NCBI GenBank assembly: GCA_964619725.1
Contig: CAZUFC010000092.1
Span: forward strand, 1 to 35,287
DNA from: an uncultured bacterium
Lineage (GTDB): Bacteria; CSSED10-310; CAZUFC01
DNA length: 35,287 nucleotides
Reading direction: 5' to 3'
Shown: positions 30,856-35,287 of the stretch, one piece after another
How the letters are laid out: each line of letters starts with the position of its first letter
How positions within the stretch are numbered: position 1 is the first letter of the stretch
The notes under the pieces: model-generated
Told to the model about the DNA's origin: nothing
The model's database searches: none
The model's input: only the letters and a program-made list of their open reading frames with translations
Program-made: the position numbers and the translations under genes

Positions 30856-32118
30856 TCAAAGTATCCGATCCAGCCGTGATTCGTCGATTCTGCATCCTAT
30901 TATGCTCGTCGACCGCCCCGCTCCGTCGATGGATACCCAGTCCATTAATGCCAGCGGAAAAACTTCTCCCGTTGCAGACGGAGAATATGTCCCCTCCGCC
31001 AGGTGAACTACGACTGGTGTTCCGCTTGTCCCGTACACGCGGCTAATCGCATGCCTGACGGTCCTGAATGCCGTCATCCAGGACAATCCGTCATTCAAAT
31101 CTGAACCGGACGGTGAAACATATACGTCTGAAGTAACGGGCGTTAAACCTGAAACGCTGGAACTCAGATTAAAAGCTTCCTGGGGAGAAACATAATAGTC
31201 GGACGGATAATAACCCGCAAAATCATTAAACCGCGCATCTATCGTCGGGGAAGGAATATTCTCGCTGAAAAGGTCCGCGCCGCTTCCCGCATGGTTCCCC
31301 TCAAAATAATTGCCGTTCCCTGCTGAACCTCCTATTGTCGGGTAAATGTCGTTGAAACACCCGATGCCGCCGCCCAGTAAACTGAAATTATCAATAAAAT
31401 CATTGCCGATAATGACAGCCGTCGTATCTGACGTAATTACTGCGCCGCCGGCCATGGACGACGAATTTTCCGCAAAAGTCGACCCGGAAATGACCGGCGA
31501 ACCATACAAAATTGTTACAGCGCCGCCGTAAGTTCCGGAAAAATTCTGCGAAAAAATGCAATTCGTTATGGACGGACTGGAATCATCCGTGCAAACCGCC
31601 CCGCCTTCCACGCGGGCAGAGTTTCCCGTGAAAACGCATTCCGTTATCGCCGGAGAAGCTTCATAACAGTATAGTCCGCCTCCCCAGTTGTAGGCGCTGC
31701 ATCCCGTTATCGTACAGTTCATTATCGTGGGAGTCGCCTGAAAAACAAAGATACCTCCGCCTTTTTCATAAAGGCCGGGATCACCGTTGAGAATCGTCAC
31801 GCCGTCCAGAACAGAACTTGAACTCTCGCCATCTACAAACTCAAATCCTCTACCCTCATCCTCGCAATCTATCACGCAAGCCCCAGCTCCGTTTTCGGAC
31901 TTTACGGTAATTGATTTTCCCTGAAAACTTAAATCCTTGTTGTCCGTCCCTGTGTAAGTCCCGTCAGCGATCAGAACCGTATCGCCGTTTCCCGCTGCGG
32001 TTATTCCCGCCGATATCGACGGTTGATCCGATGGTACGCTGATAACGGCCGCTCCGGCAATACCAACGCAGAATAAAAGAACGCTCAATACCACGACAAC
32101 ACTCCATTCCTTGTGCAT
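30856..32118 (-). CDS. N-terminal fragment of the beta-helix/DUF1565 protein
   Basis: Signal peptide, [27 protein letters not shown] beta-helix repeats and a DUF1565-like [10 protein letters not shown]. The last ~12 aa are out of frame. Confidence 0.6.
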   Translation of the reverse strand: MHKEWSVVVVLSVLLFCVGIAGAAVISVPSDQPSISAGITAAGNGDTVLIADGTYTGTDNKDLSFQGKSITVKSENGAGACVIDCEDEGRGFEFVDGESSSSVLDGVTILNGDPGLYEKGGGIFVFQATPTIMNCTITGCSAYNWGGGLYCYEASPAITECVFTGNSARVEGGAVCTDDSSPSITNCIFSQNFSGTYGGAVTILYGSPVISGSTFAENSSSMAGGAVITSDTTAVIIGNDFIDNFSLLGGGIGCFNDIYPTIGGSAGNGNYFEGNHAGSGADLFSENIPSPTIDARFNDFAGYYPSDYYVSPQEAFNLSSSVSGLTPVTSDVYVSPSGSDLNDGLSWMTAFRTVRHAISRVYGTSGTPVVVHLAEGTYSPSATGEVFPLALMDWVSIDGAGRSTSIIGCRIDESRLDRIL

Positions 32119-32369
32119 TTTTTCCTCCTGTTTCAAGTCATTCGGGTAGTTCAAGGCGTATTGATACTCCTCTTCGTCCGGGAACGAACAAAAGATCGAA
32201 ATCTTCCTGAACGCCAATCAGTATAAGAAGTGAAAACAGAAAATCAAATTTCAGCATCTTTCTATCGACTGACATTGTTTTCGTCCTCATGCGCCTACTC
32301 GTAAGTGCAATGTTCATTGGGCGCGAGCTCGAAGGACCGTTAAAACTGTTGCCTTTTATAAGCTTATTT

Positions 32370-32530
32370 GGGTCTGATCAAACCGGGATTGCAATTCTTT
32401 AAAAAATTTTGACAGTTTGTTTAAGTAATCTAGGTCGATATCGGGATCGGGATCGCAAACGAAATCGAAACAAAATTATGGGTTATTCTGTCGAATTTTA
32501 ACCTCAAAAGACCTGTTTTTGATTAATGCC
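32370..32530 (+). mobile_element. MITE-like element, interior type 2 (diverged)
   Basis: gggtctgatcaaaccgggattgcaa ... atcgggatcgggatcgcaaacgaaatcgaaa ... tttttgattaatgcc is colinear with 28366-28544. Confidence 0.65.
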
Positions 32531-32627
32531 GGAATTCTGCATATTGTGAAAGTCCCACGGTAAACGTTTCCTTTGCCAATTGCCGGATGTTGTGTTAAAT
32601 ACGCAACGAGAAACGAGGAATTCAGGA

Positions 32628-35162
32628 ATGTTTTTATCTTTCATGCGGAAATATTCAAACATAACGGGTTGTCTATTCGTCGCAGTCGCTTTAATACTTC
32701 TGATGACCGACATCGAGGCGGTTTTTCAAAAATCGGGACCGCATAACTTTGCGCGCCTGCTGCCGACGCCGTCTCTTGTTTTATGCTTATCCGGGATATT
32801 ATTAATCGGATTGAGCCGTTTTCTCAATCCCGGAAATAACGGCCGGCAATGCCTTTCGGCATCAGCGGGGCTTTTTGCGGTATTTGCCGGTCAGAGAACC
32901 ATGGGGCCGGATAACCGTTTTCTGCCCTTATCGTTATTGATAGCGGGATTGTTGCTGTTTCTGATATCCGTTAAAAAGAACCTTTCAGACGACCGTAAAG
33001 CGAGGCTGCCGGGACGAAACTTGTTTATTTTGATCCTGATCATAACGATCTCAGGGGGTATCCTTCGTTTTCAAAAACTGGATCAATACCCCAGGGGATT
33101 GCTCGGCGACGAAACCTTGAATCTGGAATCGATGCTGGAATTGCACACGGGCCGACCCTTCAGCGCTTCGGTCGGCTCCAAAGAGTTTCTGTTTTATTTT
33201 CTGGGAGATTTATGGTTATACCTTGCCGAACCTGAGGTCATTTCAATCAGGATGCTGGTCGCTCTCATAGGCACGCTGACAATACCCCTTATTTTTTTAT
33301 TAGGTCGCGAACTTTTCAACGACATAACCGGCATGACGTCGGCGTTGATCCTGGCCTTATCTCCCTGGCATACCGCTGCTTCCCGTTACGCTCAACGGGT
33401 CAACCTGTCCTATCTTTTTATAGCTTTATGTTATTACTTGTGGTTGCTGAGTCGTAGAAAAAACAAAACTTCCCTTTTTCTCACTGCCGGTTTTCTTACG
33501 GGTTTGGGTTTCCATACCTGGCCCGTTTTTAAAGTCGTTCCGTTTACCGTTTCGTACCTTTTTATCATCGACATGATCAAAAAAGAGGGTCGGTTAAAAA
33601 GAGCCACGCAATACTGCGTCGCTCTCGTTATGTTTACAACGGCCCTGCTCGGACCATTTCTGACTTCCCGGGAAAACCGCCGATTGATCAAGTATGCCGT
33701 GGTGGCGGAATGTTCAGGAAAAGGGGCAGAAGATATTCATAACATCATTGAAAACGGAAAAGTGATCGTCAATTCCATATTCGGACGCATGGGACGGGGC
33801 AACTGGTACCGGCCGGTTTACGGCATTGAAACGCCCTTCAATGCTGTTCTGATAATCACCGGAATATTCCTGGCCTGTGCTGGAATCAAAAAACAATCGA
33901 ACAGGCTCCTTATCGTCATTGTCGCAGTGCATGCCCTGCCTCCTCTTCTCTGCGATTATCCGCATCAACGAAGAATAACCAGCCTGATGATTCCTTTCAC
34001 CCTCTCTGCAGGCCTGGCTTTGACATACTGGTTCAGGACTATCTCGAATGATCAATCCCGGAAAACCGGAGCTTTATTTCTCATCATCGGCATTCTGATT
34101 GCCATACGATGTTTCAGCATTACAACGGCAAGCTATGAATACCTGCCCTATGAATTCGATGAATGGCACGCGCATATCGCGAAAACGGAGAAAAACAGGT
34201 CCCTGTTTATCGAAAGCCGCTCTTTTCAGCAGGCCTGGGCCAGGGTAATGTCTTATAAAAGGACAGGACGCTCCTTCGACTATTATTGGGGAGAACTCCC
34301 CGAATCATTGCCCTTGTATGTCCGCTCCGACAGGGACGTCTCTGTTTATTTTAGAAAGACCCCTTTAGAGGAAATGAAAGCGATGACGCGACGCTGCTAT
34401 CCTCATGCGGAAATAATAGAAATAAAGAATATGGAAAATGACGGCATCCTGGGTTATGAAGTCCGTATATCAAAATCCGATCTTAAGGCAGCCCAAAGAG
34501 AAGGTTTATTCTCACTCCAGCAAGATGAAACGAAAAATAATGAATTCACTTTTCAACCCGGAAATGTCATTGAACTGCACGATAAAAAGTTTCTTCCCCT
34601 CGACTTGAGGAGCAGCGGCTCCAGATGGAATGACGGCCACGCCTGGGATTTAAACTTTAAAGCTCCCTTTTACGGCGATCACAGCGAATTCCGGCTTGAT
34701 GATACGGCGTCAGGAATGACAGTCATCAAAGACGTTCCTTTTTTTCTCATCCCTGAATCGCCTGTCCTGACTTATTCTGTCGCATCTCCCCTTAAAAATG
34801 AACTCCTCCGTTCCAAACGCATAATCCTGGAACAGCCCTTCACAGCGGAAAAAGTTCATGTGCTGGGACTCACATCAAAATGGATAAAAAAGAAATTGCG
34901 ACCCTCAGCGGTTATTACCCTGGATCATCCCGACGGAACGCAATATCCCATTAAACTTTACGCCAAATACTGGACCATGGCCGCCCGTCAGCTGCGGCAA
35001 CCCGCCTACAAAACTGAACTCGCTTTCCGGCACCGATCCGTCTATCTGGACAAAGCTGAATTCAGCCTGGATAAAAATTTCGTCGTGCACAGCATAACGC
35101 TTTCAAACCTCGACGACTTCGAATCAATGATTATCGCCGCTATTACCCTGGAAAGCCCCTAA
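32628..35162 (+). CDS. GT-C membrane glycosyltransferase (ArnT/PMT_2-like) with extra N-terminal TM block and C-terminal soluble domain
   Basis: LRFQKLD..P.GL.GDE, IRML.ALIGTLTI..IFLLGRELF, LALSPWH...SR and GLGFHT motifs, with many TM helices. Probable start at 32628 after GAGGA; the ORF track starts at 32580. Confidence 0.87.
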   Translation: MFLSFMRKYSNITGCLFVAVALILLMTDIEAVFQKSGPHNFARLLPTPSLVLCLSGILLIGLSRFLNPGNNGRQCLSASAGLFAVFAGQRTMGPDNRFLPLSLLIAGLLLFLISVKKNLSDDRKARLPGRNLFILILIITISGGILRFQKLDQYPRGLLGDETLNLESMLELHTGRPFSASVGSKEFLFYFLGDLWLYLAEPEVISIRMLVALIGTLTIPLIFLLGRELFNDITGMTSALILALSPWHTAASRYAQRVNLSYLFIALCYYLWLLSRRKNKTSLFLTAGFLTGLGFHTWPVFKVVPFTVSYLFIIDMIKKEGRLKRATQYCVALVMFTTALLGPFLTSRENRRLIKYAVVAECSGKGAEDIHNIIENGKVIVNSIFGRMGRGNWYRPVYGIETPFNAVLIITGIFLACAGIKKQSNRLLIVIVAVHALPPLLCDYPHQRRITSLMIPFTLSAGLALTYWFRTISNDQSRKTGALFLIIGILIAIRCFSITTASYEYLPYEFDEWHAHIAKTEKNRSLFIESRSFQQAWARVMSYKRTGRSFDYYWGELPESLPLYVRSDRDVSVYFRKTPLEEMKAMTRRCYPHAEIIEIKNMENDGILGYEVRISKSDLKAAQREGLFSLQQDETKNNEFTFQPGNVIELHDKKFLPLDLRSSGSRWNDGHAWDLNFKAPFYGDHSEFRLDDTASGMTVIKDVPFFLIPESPVLTYSVASPLKNELLRSKRIILEQPFTAEKVHVLGLTSKWIKKKLRPSAVITLDHPDGTQYPIKLYAKYWTMAARQLRQPAYKTELAFRHRSVYLDKAEFSLDKNFVVHSITLSNLDDFESMIIAAITLESP

Positions 35163-35206
35163 CCATGAAGTCGCTTCTATACACACTTGACACAATAACT
35201 TCTGAA

Positions 35207-35287
35207 CTCCTGACAAGAATGTCACAATCTATTGAAAAAGTGTGATTTTCTTGCATTGCAAATCGGCATAATAATTGTGAAGTTTTT
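35207..35287. repeat. Left part of the palindromic element whose right part starts the window
   Basis: Begins ctcctgaca, the inverted partner of 125-133, and ends in the 16-mer taattgtgaagttttt identical to bases 1-16. Confidence 0.5.

Larger units (their letters stand above)
28704..32118 (-). pseudogene. Secreted right-handed beta-helix / DUF1565-repeat surface protein (about 1137 aa) split by a 1-nt insertion near 30896
   Basis: Removing one C of the CC at 30896-30897 fuses the two ORFs as [27 protein letters not shown], paralleling [26 protein letters not shown] in the second repeat. Start MHKEW at 32118 has an AGGAGG RBS and a signal peptide. Tail PVPSL-TM-KKRR. Confidence 0.8.

Overview
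Bacterial chromosomal segment; the lineage cannot be determined from the sequence alone. It begins with a minus-strand tRNA cluster (Ser-TGA, Ser-GCT, Arg-ACG) downstream of a full-length SerRS-like gene whose serine-binding residues are replaced. Next come an unrecognised ORF, a PLP aminotransferase and a secreted Asp-box/BNR beta-propeller protein, then a 306-bp tandem array of GTAG-type REP hairpins. An intact but catalytically degenerate, C-terminally truncated DnaE homolog overlaps a GT-C (ArnT/PMT-like) glycosyltransferase gene. Two giant secreted proteases (C25 gingipain-like and M4/M36-like) share two highly similar Cys-bounded modules, Pro/Thr linkers and a PVP-TM-basic C-terminal sorting tail. 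The rest holds a prkA-yeaH-spoVR operon, a dciA-like gene, a frameshifted beta-helix/DUF1565 surface protein with the same tail, and a second GT-C. Intergenic DNA carries about seven copies or remnants of a MITE-like element (GGnnYTGATCAAA ends, two interior types), and the first and last 16 nt of the window are identical. The most notable signals are the two apparent pseudoenzyme versions of essential enzymes (SerRS, DnaE) and a candidate surface-display and glycosylation system.
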